64,000 nucleotides of DNA from an uncultured bacterium. GTDB lineage: Bacteria; Actinomycetota; Acidimicrobiia; Spongiisociales; ZC4RG35. The stretch spans positions 356,412 through 420,411 of the forward strand of contig CAWATW010000006.1 in assembly GCA_963785075.1 (NCBI GenBank), read 5' to 3'. The position numbers were made by a program, and so were the translations under genes. Under the pieces are notes generated by a model. It saw nothing but the letters and a program-made list of their open reading frames with translations. It was not told the DNA's origin and ran no database searches. Positions 36,224 through 45,364 of the stretch are shown in pieces. The stretch's first letter is position 1; each line of letters begins with the position of its first letter.

Positions 36224-36293
36224 CAGTCGTCCGGTCTCCGGTCGCCAGTCCCCGGTCTCCGGTCCCCAGTCCCCAGTCGCCGGTCCCCGGTCC
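36224..36293. repeat. tandem heptamer array (CCRGTCN)x10
   Basis: Read directly: CAGTCGT CCGGTCT CCGGTCG CCAGTCC CCGGTCT CCGGTCC CCAGTCC CCAGTCG CCGGTCC CCGGTCC. Lies in the 202-bp divergent region between the LLM gene and the S9 peptidase gene. Confidence 0.92.
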
Positions 36294-36389
36294 ACCGCCC
36301 ACGTTGGATCCACGATCGCCGTCCACGTTGGCCATCGCCAGAGCCGCCTGCGTCGACTTCCGATCGGTCAGGGGCAGTAGCCTCGCGGG

Positions 36390-38328
36390 ATGCCCAACCC
36401 GCTCACCGCTGAAGCTCTCTGGACTATTCCACGGGTGGGGACGCCGACCGTGGCCGGGGGCCGCATCGTCGTGCCGGTCACCACTGCCGACGTCGACGCC
36501 AACACCACCGAGACGACGTTGTGGGAGGTGTTCGCAGACGGCCGCTCCGCCCGGACGCTCACCGCCTCGAACGCTTCTCGCCCTTCACTGTCGCCTGACG
36601 GGAGCCGGTTGGCGTTTGTGCGCAAGGTGGACGAGCGCCGACAGATCCATGTGATGCCGATGGACGGCGGCGAGGCGACTGCGCTCACGGATCTTCCCCT
36701 CGGCGTGATCGGCGCCAAGTGGTTCCCGTCGGGAGAGTCCGTCGCCGTCCTCGCCCTGGTGTTCGACGAGCACCCGGACATCGAGGCGTCCCGGGTGGAG
36801 CGCGATCGGCGTGCCGAGCAGAAGCACTCCGCCAAGGTCAGCGACCGAGCGGTCTTCCGGTACTGGGACCGATGGCTCGACGGAGGTGAGGTGCCACACA
36901 TCTTCAAGGTGGACGTGGAGGGCGGGCACGGCACCGATCTCACCCCGACCTCACGCCGGTGGATGAGGTGGGACAACACCTTCGACCCGCTCGACGACGT
37001 CGACATCTCTCCAGACGGCCGGTTGCTGGCGTGGTGCGCCGACAGGTCGGAGTTCCCGCATGGCGAGATCCGATGGTCGCTGTTCACCACCGATGTGGGG
37101 TCGCTCGCTGAGCGTTCGCTGACACCGGAACACGAGGGGCATGCTTCCCATCCCCGCTTCGACCCTGCGGGTGGCGCCGTCGTGTACGGGCGCACGGAGG
37201 ATCCACACTTCTACGCCGACCGCGTGCACCTCATCCGCCACGACCTCGGCTCCGGTTCCGAGACCGATCTCACACCGGACTGGGATCGATCGCCGACCAA
37301 CTGGTTCTTCGACGGCGCCGATCTGGTCATGGAGGCGGAGGACGATGCCCGGCAACCGCTGTGGCGTTTGACCGAGGACGGCGCGATCGGCGAGGTTGCC
37401 CGGCAGGGGACCATCTCCGGAACGTCGCGGCTCGGGGAGCGACGCTACGTCGCTGTGCGGAGCACCATCGTCAGTCCACCCGAGGTTGTGATGGTGGGCG
37501 ACGGGGTGATCGACCCGCTCAGCGATTTCACGACTCGATCCCTGGCGGACCGCGACCTCCCGACGGTGTCGGAGTTCCGGTTCATCGGCGCCGCCAACCG
37601 AGAGATTCAGATGTGGGTGGTCACGGCCGCCGGTGCGCCGGCAGGGCCCGGTCCGGTCGTCCACATGATCCACGGAGGCCCCCACGGGGCATGGACCGAT
37701 GTATGGCACTGGCGGTGGAACCCGGCCGTGTTCTGCGGATCGGGCCGTCGAGCCGCTCTCGTCAACTTCCACGGCTCCACATCGTGGGGCCAGAGATTTC
37801 GCCGCTTCCATTCGAGGGGAGTGGGGCGACAGGCCGGCAGCCGACATCGAAGCCGCCACGGATCGGTTGATCGCCGAAGGCATCGCCGACCCCGAGCGAA
37901 TCGCCATCGCCGGCGGCTCGTACGGAGGCTATCTCGTGGCGTGGCTCGTGGGTCGAACCGACCGCTACGGCTGTGCGGTCGCGCACGCCGCAGTCACAGA
38001 CCTTCCCAACATGTACGCCTCTGACGTCACCTCGGGACGGGCCGACGCATACGGCGCAGAGGTCTGGACCGACCTCGAGCGCGTGAACCGCTGGAGTCCC
38101 GCCGCCCACGCCAGTGGCTACTCCACTCCGACGTTGGTCATCCATGGCGAGAAGGACTACCGGGTGCCGGTCGGCCAGGGTCTCGAGCTCTACGGAGTCC
38201 TCAAGGCCAAGGGAGTCGAGGCTCGCCTGGTCTACTACCCGGACGAGAACCATTGGATTCTCACACCCGCCAACTCGATCCATTGGTACGGCGAAGTGAC
38301 CGACTGGATCGCTCGGTTCACCGATTGA
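36390..38328 (+). pseudogene. S9-family serine peptidase interrupted by a single extra nucleotide (or sequencing error) near 37794
   Basis: ORFs 36390..38024 and 37699..38328 are offset by +1. Frame 1 reads VNFHGSTSWGQ, then Arg-rich nonsense. Frame 2 continues DFAASIRGEWGDRPAADI..IAIAGGSYGGYL..VIHGEKDYRVP. Removing a37794 restores GSTSWGQDFAASIRGEWG. Confidence 0.8.
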
Positions 38329-38395
38329 CCGCCGAACGACAACGGGGCCCGTCCTGCGACGAGCCCCGGGTCGGGGAGGATGGAGACCGATCGGG

Positions 38396-38680
38396 TCAGA
38401 GGGTCACGTCGACTCCGCGCCAGAAGGCGACGCGGTCGGCGATCTGACTGGCAGCTTCCTTGGGAGCCGGATAGACCCAGGCTGCGCCTGGGTTCCGAAC
38501 TCCGTCGACCACCACGTCGTAGTACGACGCCTCGCCCTTCCAAGGGCAGGTCGACTTCAGGGGCGAATCCGCCAGGAATTCACGCTTCACCGAGTCGGCC
38601 GGGAAGTAGTGGTTGCCCTCGACGACGATCGTCTCGCCGCTCTCGGCAATCACGGTTCCGTTCCAGGTTGCTTTCGCCAA
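38396..38680 (-). CDS. DUF427-domain protein
   Basis: Lies inside ORF 38396..38764. TTG 38680 with GGAAGAGG upstream gives LAKATWNGTVIAESGETIVVEGNHYFP..CPWKGEASYYDV, the DUF427 pattern. Confidence 0.7.
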   Translation of the reverse strand: MAKATWNGTVIAESGETIVVEGNHYFPADSVKREFLADSPLKSTCPWKGEASYYDVVVDGVRNPGAAWVYPAPKEAASQIADRVAFWRGVDVTL

Positions 38681-38779
38681 CGTGTGCCTCTTCCGTCCGG
38701 TCACGCCATGGAACGCATTCGGGGGCCACGGTATTCCACCGTCGCAGCAGTCTCGGATTCGCAATTAGCCTCGCCCTCA

Positions 38780-39394
38780 ATGCGATCACTCCTGCGGTCG
38801 GTGACGGCGGCGATCCCGGTGAAGCCCTTCGACGACGCCAAACGACGCCTCTCGGAGGTCCTGGACGCCGACGGCCGAAGGTCGGTGAGCGAGCAACTGG
38901 CGCGCCGGACGGTTCAGACCGTTCGTGCAGCCGGTGTCGAACCGCTCGTGCTGTCGGCCGACGATGGTGTGACGAGGTGGGCTCGGAACGAGGGAGTCGA
39001 GGTGTTGCTCGACCGCGGATCGAGCTTGAACGTGGCCGCTACCGCCGCCCGCGATCGAATCCTCGACACGGGCAGCTCCTGGATGATCGTGCACGCCGAT
39101 CTTCCGTTGCTGTCGGTGGCCGACGTGTTCGACGCCGCGCGGCTCCTGGCAGACGGCAGGGCCGTCATCGCCCCGTCCTCGGACGGAGGGACGAGCATGA
39201 TCGGTGCGGCCCAGCACGTGAGGTTCGACTACGGGCTCGGCAGCTTCCATCGACATCTCGCGGCTCTCGCATCGGCCGACCCGAGGGTCATCATCAGCGT
39301 TGGCTGGGCACTTGATCTCGACACCCCGACCGATTTGACCGCGGCCCTCCGCCACCGGGATGGCGCTTGGCTCAGCGCTCTTCGGCTCTCCTGA
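38780..39394 (+). CDS. cofC: 2-phospho-L-lactate/phosphoenolpyruvate guanylyltransferase (F420 biosynthesis)
   Basis: Lies inside ORF 38609..39394. Start at ATG 38780 (MRSLLRSVTAAIPVKPFDDAKRRL). Contains IVHADLPLL, IAPSSDGGTS and GSFHRH. Confidence 0.8.
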   Translation: MRSLLRSVTAAIPVKPFDDAKRRLSEVLDADGRRSVSEQLARRTVQTVRAAGVEPLVLSADDGVTRWARNEGVEVLLDRGSSLNVAATAARDRILDTGSSWMIVHADLPLLSVADVFDAARLLADGRAVIAPSSDGGTSMIGAAQHVRFDYGLGSFHRHLAALASADPRVIISVGWALDLDTPTDLTAALRHRDGAWLSALRLS

Positions 39395-40739
39395 GGAACG
39401 CTGCCATCTGCCCTCGAGTGATGGGATCGTCGGAGCAGAACGAGGAGTCGCTGCAACCGGCAGTGATGCCCGAAGCCGCCAGCCGATTGATGTCGGATTC
39501 GAACACCGACCCATCGTCGTCGGCGAAGAAGTCCGAATCGGTGGCGGGGAGGTCGTACGCTCGAGTGAGGAACGCCGCCATCTGTCCCCGGGTCACCCCC
39601 TCGTCGGGACAGAATCTGGTCGGAGTACAGCCTTGCGTGACCTCCGATGCCGCCAACGCATCGATGTCTCCCTCGAACACCGAGTTGTCGTCGTCGGTGA
39701 AGTAGTCGCCGGTGTCTCCCGGAAGACTCTGGGCTCGTCCGATGAATGCCGCCATCTGTCCGCGTGTCACCGGATCGTCGGGACAGAAGAGCGTGTCGCT
39801 GCACCCCTGTGTGATCCCGCTGGCGAACAGCCACTCGATGTCGGACTCGAAGACCGAGTTGTCATCGTCGGCAAAGGTGCCCACCCAGACATCCCGATCG
39901 TCACAGCCGACCCTCTCGGGGCCCAGCGCCAGCGAGTCGAAGTGAATCTCGAGACGGGTGGGCGTGGAGTTCCCCCCGTAGTACACGTCGAACCAGAACA
40001 TGTCGACGTCGAGGCCACCCTCGTTCGAGCGGCGCCAGGCGAAGTCCGACCTCGAGAACGCCGGATCGCCGTCGACCCATCCCTCCAGTGTCCCGTCGTT
40101 CACACCAGGGGTGTTGAGATCGATGTGACCTTCCACGCAATACCACTTCCCGTGGTCGAGGAGGGCAACGTCGTCATCCCAGGTGAGGATGTCACCACGG
40201 TTGGACGGTCCATCGAGGTGATAGGTGTAGAACCCGAGCAGTGTCTTGTCGGAAGGCCCGTCCTGGTACAGCCCGAGGTCGTCCTCGTAGTCGCGGGAGA
40301 AGAGCATCCTGGCACTCCAGCACGGATTCGCCTCGGTGGACGGCCGCCCGCCGAGGCAGTTGTAGGTGTAGAGGTTGGCGGGGCCCGGGAGCTTGCCGCG
40401 GTCGGGAGGATTGACCCGGAATCCGATCGGGAACTTGACGTAGTACCGCCAGTACAGCTCTTCGGGTGCGGTGATCCCATGGTCCTCGAACGTCCATCGA
40501 CCCGAGGCGCCCCAATGGCCGTCGGCCGGGATCACTGCACGGGTACCGGCACCGACATGCCCCTCGTCGAGCGATTCGAAGGTGTCGACCAGCTCGGTGA
40601 AGGTCTGGTTGGCGTCTGTCTCGAAATCCTCGTCGAGGTAGGGGTCGGCGGCGGCGGCAGGCAGGGCGGCTGCGAACAACAGCCCGGCCACCACAGCCAT
40701 GAGCCACGGACGAGTTCGAACACGGCGGAAACGGTTCAT
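39372..40739 (-). CDS. secreted polysaccharide-lyase-like protein with three C-terminal SLH-like repeats
   Basis: Lies inside ORF 39372..40997. Start at ATG 40739 (MNRFRRVRTRPWLMAVVAGLLFAAALPAAAA signal peptide). The central WYCVEGHIDLNTPGVNDGTLEGWVDG pattern resembles the PF14099-type lyase fold. Three repeats of F.DDD.SVFE.DI..L.ASGIT.GC....FCPDD.VTRGQMAAF..RA follow. Confidence 0.7.
   Translation of the reverse strand: MNRFRRVRTRPWLMAVVAGLLFAAALPAAAADPYLDEDFETDANQTFTELVDTFESLDEGHVGAGTRAVIPADGHWGASGRWTFEDHGITAPEELYWRYYVKFPIGFRVNPPDRGKLPGPANLYTYNCLGGRPSTEANPCWSARMLFSRDYEDDLGLYQDGPSDKTLLGFYTYHLDGPSNRGDILTWDDDVALLDHGKWYCVEGHIDLNTPGVNDGTLEGWVDGDPAFSRSDFAWRRSNEGGLDVDMFWFDVYYGGNSTPTRLEIHFDSLALGPERVGCDDRDVWVGTFADDDNSVFESDIEWLFASGITQGCSDTLFCPDDPVTRGQMAAFIGRAQSLPGDTGDYFTDDDNSVFEGDIDALAASEVTQGCTPTRFCPDEGVTRGQMAAFLTRAYDLPATDSDFFADDDGSVFESDINRLAASGITAGCSDSSFCSDDPITRGQMAAFLRRAEER
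39375..39875. repeat. three tandem ~170-nt coding repeats (SLH-like modules)
   Basis: Repeat peptides: FADDDNSVFESDIEWLFASGITQGC.., FTDDDNSVFEGDIDALAASEVTQGC.. and FADDDGSVFESDINRLAASGITAGC... Boundaries are approximate. Confidence 0.75.
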
Positions 40740-40785
40740 GAACATCCCCCTGGAGCGGATCGAAACAGCGTAGGTCGAAACGGCT

Positions 40786-41514
40786 TCAAGCCAACCCGAG
40801 AAGCCACGACAGCATCGTGAGACCTGCCCCCATGGTCGCCGTAGCGACGCCGAGCACACGCAACGGCATGGTCCCCCAGCGAGCGAGGGTGGTGGCCCGT
40901 CCGACGACCCGGTCTCTCGAGGTTGCCACGCCATCGATGATCTGATCCATCCGTGGGGATGTGTCCGGCATCGTGGCGAAGACCGCCGGAAGGCCACGGT
41001 CGACGATCCGGGTGAGCATGCCGTCGAGCAATGCTCGGACCACAGGCGCCAGAATCAGGAACCGCCTCGACAACGCGGTGGTGACCGCCGGTATTGCGCT
41101 CACCAGGACGAGACCGCGCACGATCTGCTCGGCCGAGCTCGAGAGGGTCTGCAGCTGCGAAGAGGCGTCGTTGGCGACCTGACCTGCGACGCTGAAGATC
41201 GTTTCGACCTCCTCGGGGATACGTCGCCGCAGGAGGACACCCGCCACGACCATCGCAACGCCGAGGCCGCCGACCACTCCCCCGAGGACCGCAAAGAAGG
41301 CCACGGCGCCGGACAGTCCCATGACCGCAGAGATCGCCCCAATCACGATTGCCATTCCCAAGCCGGCGGTCATCGCGACCAGGAGATCGCGGACCAGACG
41401 CCCGCCGGCGTCGCCGTCGGACGCCAGGACACCGCCGATCGAGGGCCGGAGACGCCCGAAGTCGAGCCCCGTGTTCGACAACAACTGGCGCCGAAGCCGC
41501 TCTCTCAGCCTCAT
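40786..41514 (-). CDS. hypothetical multi-pass membrane protein
   Basis: Lies inside ORF 40786..41622. Start moved to ATG 41514 (MRLRERLRRQ). Several Gly/Ala/Val-rich TM segments. No family recognised. Confidence 0.5.
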   Translation of the reverse strand: MRLRERLRRQLLSNTGLDFGRLRPSIGGVLASDGDAGGRLVRDLLVAMTAGLGMAIVIGAISAVMGLSGAVAFFAVLGGVVGGLGVAMVVAGVLLRRRIPEEVETIFSVAGQVANDASSQLQTLSSSAEQIVRGLVLVSAIPAVTTALSRRFLILAPVVRALLDGMLTRIVDRGLPAVFATMPDTSPRMDQIIDGVATSRDRVVGRATTLARWGTMPLRVLGVATATMGAGLTMLSWLLGLA

Positions 41515-41555
41515 GAGGTTCTCGATGATCGCACGCGCCGGTACCCTCCGCCGGT

Positions 41556-42329
41556 ATGCCGTCCGCACGCACCAACCTGTTCTCCGAAGCCCGGCGCGAA
41601 CCGGTGTCCCAACTCGACACACCCGAGCGGGCTCTCGTGATCGCAGCTCATCCGGACGACGCCGAGTTCGGCGCCGGCGCCACCCTGGCGAAGTGGTCCG
41701 ACGCCGGATGCGAGGTCTCGCTGCTCATCGCCACCGACGGATCGAAGGGAACGTGGGATCCCGATCAGAGCCAGGCCGAGTTGATCGAGGCGCGGCGTCA
41801 GGAATCGCGGCGTGCCGCCGACATCCTCGGCGCGCGGGGCGAACTCGTGTTCCTCGATCACGTCGATGGTGAGCTGATCCATTCGATGGCGCTCAGGGAG
41901 GAGGTCGCGTTGTGGATCCGTCGCTTGCGACCGAACGTGGTGCTCAGCTGGGATCCCTGGCGCCGCTACATGCTGCATCCCGACCATCGTGAGATCGGGT
42001 GGGGCGCCATCGACGGCGTGGTGGCCGCACGAGATCACCTCTTCTTCCCCCACCAACTGGTCGACGGCGTCACCAAGCACCGACCCGAGACGATCTTGCT
42101 GTTCGCTGCTGACGAGGTGGATTACTGGGAGGACGTCACTTCCACCTTCGATCGGAAGGTCGATGCACTGTTGTGCCACTCGTCGCAAACCCACACGACC
42201 ATGGGCGATGCGTTGAGCACCGAACAACACCGAGCCGATTTCACCGCTCGAATTCGAGAGTGGTGCGCCTCGATGGGTGAAGCTGCGGGAATGGAGCTGG
42301 CCGAGGCGTTCAAGCTCCTCAAACCCTGA
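41556..42329 (+). CDS. PIG-L/LmbE-family N-acetylglucosaminyl deacetylase
   Basis: ORF track, 257 aa. Contains VIAAHPDDAEFGAGATLAKW and HPDHREIG (zinc-binding motifs of the LmbE family). Confidence 0.82.
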   Translation: MPSARTNLFSEARREPVSQLDTPERALVIAAHPDDAEFGAGATLAKWSDAGCEVSLLIATDGSKGTWDPDQSQAELIEARRQESRRAADILGARGELVFLDHVDGELIHSMALREEVALWIRRLRPNVVLSWDPWRRYMLHPDHREIGWGAIDGVVAARDHLFFPHQLVDGVTKHRPETILLFAADEVDYWEDVTSTFDRKVDALLCHSSQTHTTMGDALSTEQHRADFTARIREWCASMGEAAGMELAEAFKLLKP

Positions 42330-42381
42330 TCCGACGTTCGGCAGGATGTCGAGACCCTTCGACGAGAGGTAGGCCCCGCGT

Positions 42382-42753
42382 CTACCGGAACTGGTCGATG
42401 AGGATGGCGTTGCCGTCAGGGTCGACCAACGTGATGTGACCGGGGCCCGTCGTGTCCGGGTCGACCCGGTCGTTCAGTTCGACGCCCGCATTCGTCAGCT
42501 CCTGCTGGATCACTCTCACATCGGTGAAGGGCTCGACCTCTGCGGTGTCCTGACCGTGCCCCGGATTGAAGGTGAGAATGTGCCCGTCGAACATCCCGTG
42601 GAAGAGTCCGATCAGCGCGCCGCCGTTGCGGAGGATCAGATAGTTCTGATCGGGATCGCCTCCGACCACCTCGAAGCCGAGCTTTTCGTAGAACGCCCGG
42701 GATCGCTCGAGGTCCGAGACCGACAGGCTGATGGAGAATGCGCCGAGTTCCAT
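42382..42753 (-). CDS. VOC/glyoxalase-family protein
   Basis: Lies inside ORF 42382..42771. Start moved to ATG 42753 ([29 protein letters not shown]). C-terminal [11 protein letters not shown]. Confidence 0.75.
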   Translation of the reverse strand: MELGAFSISLSVSDLERSRAFYEKLGFEVVGGDPDQNYLILRNGGALIGLFHGMFDGHILTFNPGHGQDTAEVEPFTDVRVIQQELTNAGVELNDRVDPDTTGPGHITLVDPDGNAILIDQFR

Positions 42754-42767
42754 CACCCAAACGTAGC

Positions 42768-43262
42768 TCAACCGGCCAGCGCACGCTCGTACTGGTCGGC
42801 CGTCGCCCGATCGAACGCCACGAGAATCACTTCGTCGACGTCGGCGTCGAGGGACGTCAGCGTGTCCACCGCCACCCGAGCCGCCTGATCCTTCGGGTAG
42901 CCATAGACCCCTGTCGAGATCGCCGGGAATGCCATCGACCGAGCTCCTACTGCCTCGGCCTGCTCGACCGATCGCCGATAGCAGCTGGCGAGCAACGCCG
43001 GTTCACCGTGCTCGCCCCCACGCCACACCGGGCCCACCGCGTGGATCACCCAGCGAGCCGGAAGCGCAAAGCCCGGCGTGGCCTTGGCGTCGCCGGTCTC
43101 GCAACCCTCGAGCTTTCGGCAGGCTTCGAGAAGCTCAGGACCAGCCGCCCTGTGAATGGCCCCGTCGACACCTCCACCTCCGAGGAGCGACGAATTCGCA
43201 GCATTGACGATCGCATCGACTTCGAGCGTGGTGATGTCGCCGACGTATACGGAGATCCTCAT
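42768..43262 (-). CDS. macro-domain protein (O-acetyl-ADP-ribose deacetylase-like)
   Basis: Lies inside ORF 42768..43319. Start at ATG 43262 ([37 protein letters not shown]). Contains [13 protein letters not shown]. Confidence 0.85.
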   Translation of the reverse strand: MRISVYVGDITTLEVDAIVNAANSSLLGGGGVDGAIHRAAGPELLEACRKLEGCETGDAKATPGFALPARWVIHAVGPVWRGGEHGEPALLASCYRRSVEQAEAVGARSMAFPAISTGVYGYPKDQAARVAVDTLTSLDADVDEVILVAFDRATADQYERALAG

Positions 43263-43322
43263 GGGCCCATTGTCGCGAATGGACTGCCAGCCGTCAGGTG
43301 ACATCTTCGGCATTCGCACGGT

Positions 43323-43661
43323 CTAGCGGTGCGCGACTTCCGGCTCGACGTCCAGCGCCATCCGGATCCCGGCCAACCGCTCGGGCTGGAGCCGGTGATA
43401 CACCCACTTTCCGCGCCGCTCCGAGGTGGTGAAACCTGCCTCTCGCAACACCTTCATGTGGTGACTCACCGTCGGCTGGGAGAGGTCGAGCGGGTCGGTG
43501 AGATCGCACACGCAGATCTCATGGCCCTCGGCACGGGCGAGCATCGACAATATGCGCAGCCGGGCGGGATCGGCCACCACCTTCAGCAGCGCCGCGGTCT
43601 GCTCGGCCTCCTCGGCCGACATCACTCCCGAGATCGGGGTACAGCAGGAATCCATATCCAT
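43323..43661 (-). CDS. ArsR/SmtB-family metalloregulator
   Basis: C-terminal 112 codons of ORF 43323..44222. Contains LKVVADPARLRILSML..ICVCDL..LSQPTVSHHMKVLREAGF. The start could be ATG 43661 or 43655. Confidence 0.82.
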   Translation of the reverse strand: MDMDSCCTPISGVMSAEEAEQTAALLKVVADPARLRILSMLARAEGHEICVCDLTDPLDLSQPTVSHHMKVLREAGFTTSERRGKWVYHRLQPERLAGIRMALDVEPEVAHR

Positions 43662-43693
43662 ATATTGACAACGATCGATGCATCGGTCAAGAT

Positions 43694-43721
43694 CAATACA
43701 TCGACGGCCATCGATGTATTG
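43694..43721. promoter_or_regulatory. perfect 11-6-11 inverted repeat (likely ArsR operator) in the divergent promoter
   Basis: CAATACATCGA-cggcca-TCGATGTATTG. A second palindromic block, TTGAC-aaCGATCGATGCATCG-GTCAA, is at 43665..43690. Confidence 0.7.
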
Positions 43722-43748
43722 ATTCTCGAAACGACCAAGGAGACAGAC

Positions 43749-44183
43749 ATGAGCAGATTGCAGCTGGCACTCACCGTGCGCGATGTCGATGCAGCGGTTG
43801 ACTTCTACAGCACGATGTTCCAGTCCCAGCCCGCCAAGCGCCGGCCCGGATACGCCAACTTCGCCATCACCGATCCCCCGCTCAAGCTGGTGCTGATCGA
43901 AGGGGCCGACGGCGGGACTTTGAACCACCTCGGTGTCGAGGTCGAGGGCACGCAGGAAGTCCACACCGCGACGGGCCGCTTCGATGACGCCGGGTTGTCC
44001 ACCCGCCTCGAGGACGGCGTCGAGTGTTGCTACGCACTCCAGGACAAGGTGTGGGTCAGGGATCCCGATGGTGCCGAATGGGAGTGGTACACGGTGCTCG
44101 GAGATTCGCAACGAATGGAGTCGACCGACGACGCCTGCTGCGCAGCTGAAGAGTCCGACCCGGCAGCCGCCGCCTGCTGCTGA
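43749..44183 (+). CDS. CadI/ArsI-like VOC-family metal(loid) resistance protein
   Basis: Lies inside ORF 43329..44183. ATG 43749 with AAGGAG upstream. Contains MSRLQLALTVRDVDAAVDFY..LNHLGVEV..CCYALQDKVWVRDPDG and a Cys-rich tail (DDACCAAEESDPAAAACC). Confidence 0.75.
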   Translation: MSRLQLALTVRDVDAAVDFYSTMFQSQPAKRRPGYANFAITDPPLKLVLIEGADGGTLNHLGVEVEGTQEVHTATGRFDDAGLSTRLEDGVECCYALQDKVWVRDPDGAEWEWYTVLGDSQRMESTDDACCAAEESDPAAAACC

Positions 44184-44188
44184 TCGGC

Positions 44189-45364
44189 TTGACTGCGGAG
44201 CCGATGACCGTCGGCTCCGCACCGCCCAGGCCCCGCGAGGCGGCGATCGTGGCGCTCGCCTGCGTCACGCTCGCCGCCTATGGGTCCTGGATCTACAGCT
44301 TCGGGGTCATCCTCGACGATCTGACAGCCGACCTCGGGGCGTCGGAGTCCTCGATGGTCGCGGCCTTCGGCGCCGCCCAGCTCCTCGCCGGCGCCGGAAG
44401 TGTGGCCGCCGGGCGCCTGCTCGATCGGAGAGGGTCTCGGCCGGTGTTCGTGATCGGCATGGTCGGTGCCCTCGTCCTCGCCGCCGCCACGCTGGCAGGT
44501 TCGCCGCTCGGCTTCGGGGCTCTGTTCTCGGTGGGAGCCGGCATCGTCGGGGCGACCGGCTTCTATCACATCTCCCAGACCGCCGCCGCACGCGTCGCAC
44601 CCGGCCACGAGGCCGCAGCGATCACACGCCTCACGCTCTACGCGGCGTTTTCGTCTCCGATCTTCTATCCCCTCTCGGCATGGCTCGTGGAGCGTTCCGG
44701 CTGGCGGCTCGCCCTGCAGGCCGGAGCCGCGATGACGCTTGCGTCGTTCGTCGCCGCGCTGTCGATAGCGAACAGCCCGGCGACGGACGTCTCCCGTACC
44801 TCGTGGCGCCTGGCGCCGGGTGGTTTCGACCGCCGAGCCCTCCGATTCGGGGCCGGTGTGGTCCTCGCCACCGGAACCATCCAGCTGCTGTCGGTGTATC
44901 AGGTGCCGGTGATGAGCTCGGCCGGGCTCGGGTTGGCGACCGCATCGACGCTTGCCGGTGCTCGCGGGATCATGCAGTTCTTCGGGCGCCTGCCCCTGAC
45001 CCGGGTGGCGGCGCGCTTCGGTGCAGCCCGCACGCTCAGGTCGGCGATCCTCATGCTCGCCGTGGGGACCGCGCTCCTCGCCGGCAGCGGGTGGTTCCCT
45101 GTCGCGCTGGTGGCGATGACGATCACCGGACTGTCGATCGGAGCGCAATCGCCGCTGGTGGGCATCCGGGGACGGGAGGTCTTCGGAGATCGTGTTCTGG
45201 GCACGTCGCTCGGCACGGTGACGCTCGGCACCTTCGTCGCCGGGGCAGTGACACCAGTCGTCGCCGGAACGCTGGTGGAGTCGACCGGCAGCAGGATGTC
45301 GGCGGTGGTGATCGGGACGGTGATCGCCCTCGGGGCCGCCATCGTCGTGGGAGGCGACGAATGA
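44189..45364 (+). CDS. MFS transporter
   Basis: ORF track, 391 aa. About 12 hydrophobic segments and a GRLLDRRGSRP loop motif between TM2 and TM3. Confidence 0.8.
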   Translation: MTAEPMTVGSAPPRPREAAIVALACVTLAAYGSWIYSFGVILDDLTADLGASESSMVAAFGAAQLLAGAGSVAAGRLLDRRGSRPVFVIGMVGALVLAAATLAGSPLGFGALFSVGAGIVGATGFYHISQTAAARVAPGHEAAAITRLTLYAAFSSPIFYPLSAWLVERSGWRLALQAGAAMTLASFVAALSIANSPATDVSRTSWRLAPGGFDRRALRFGAGVVLATGTIQLLSVYQVPVMSSAGLGLATASTLAGARGIMQFFGRLPLTRVAARFGAARTLRSAILMLAVGTALLAGSGWFPVALVAMTITGLSIGAQSPLVGIRGREVFGDRVLGTSLGTVTLGTFVAGAVTPVVAGTLVESTGSRMSAVVIGTVIALGAAIVVGGDE

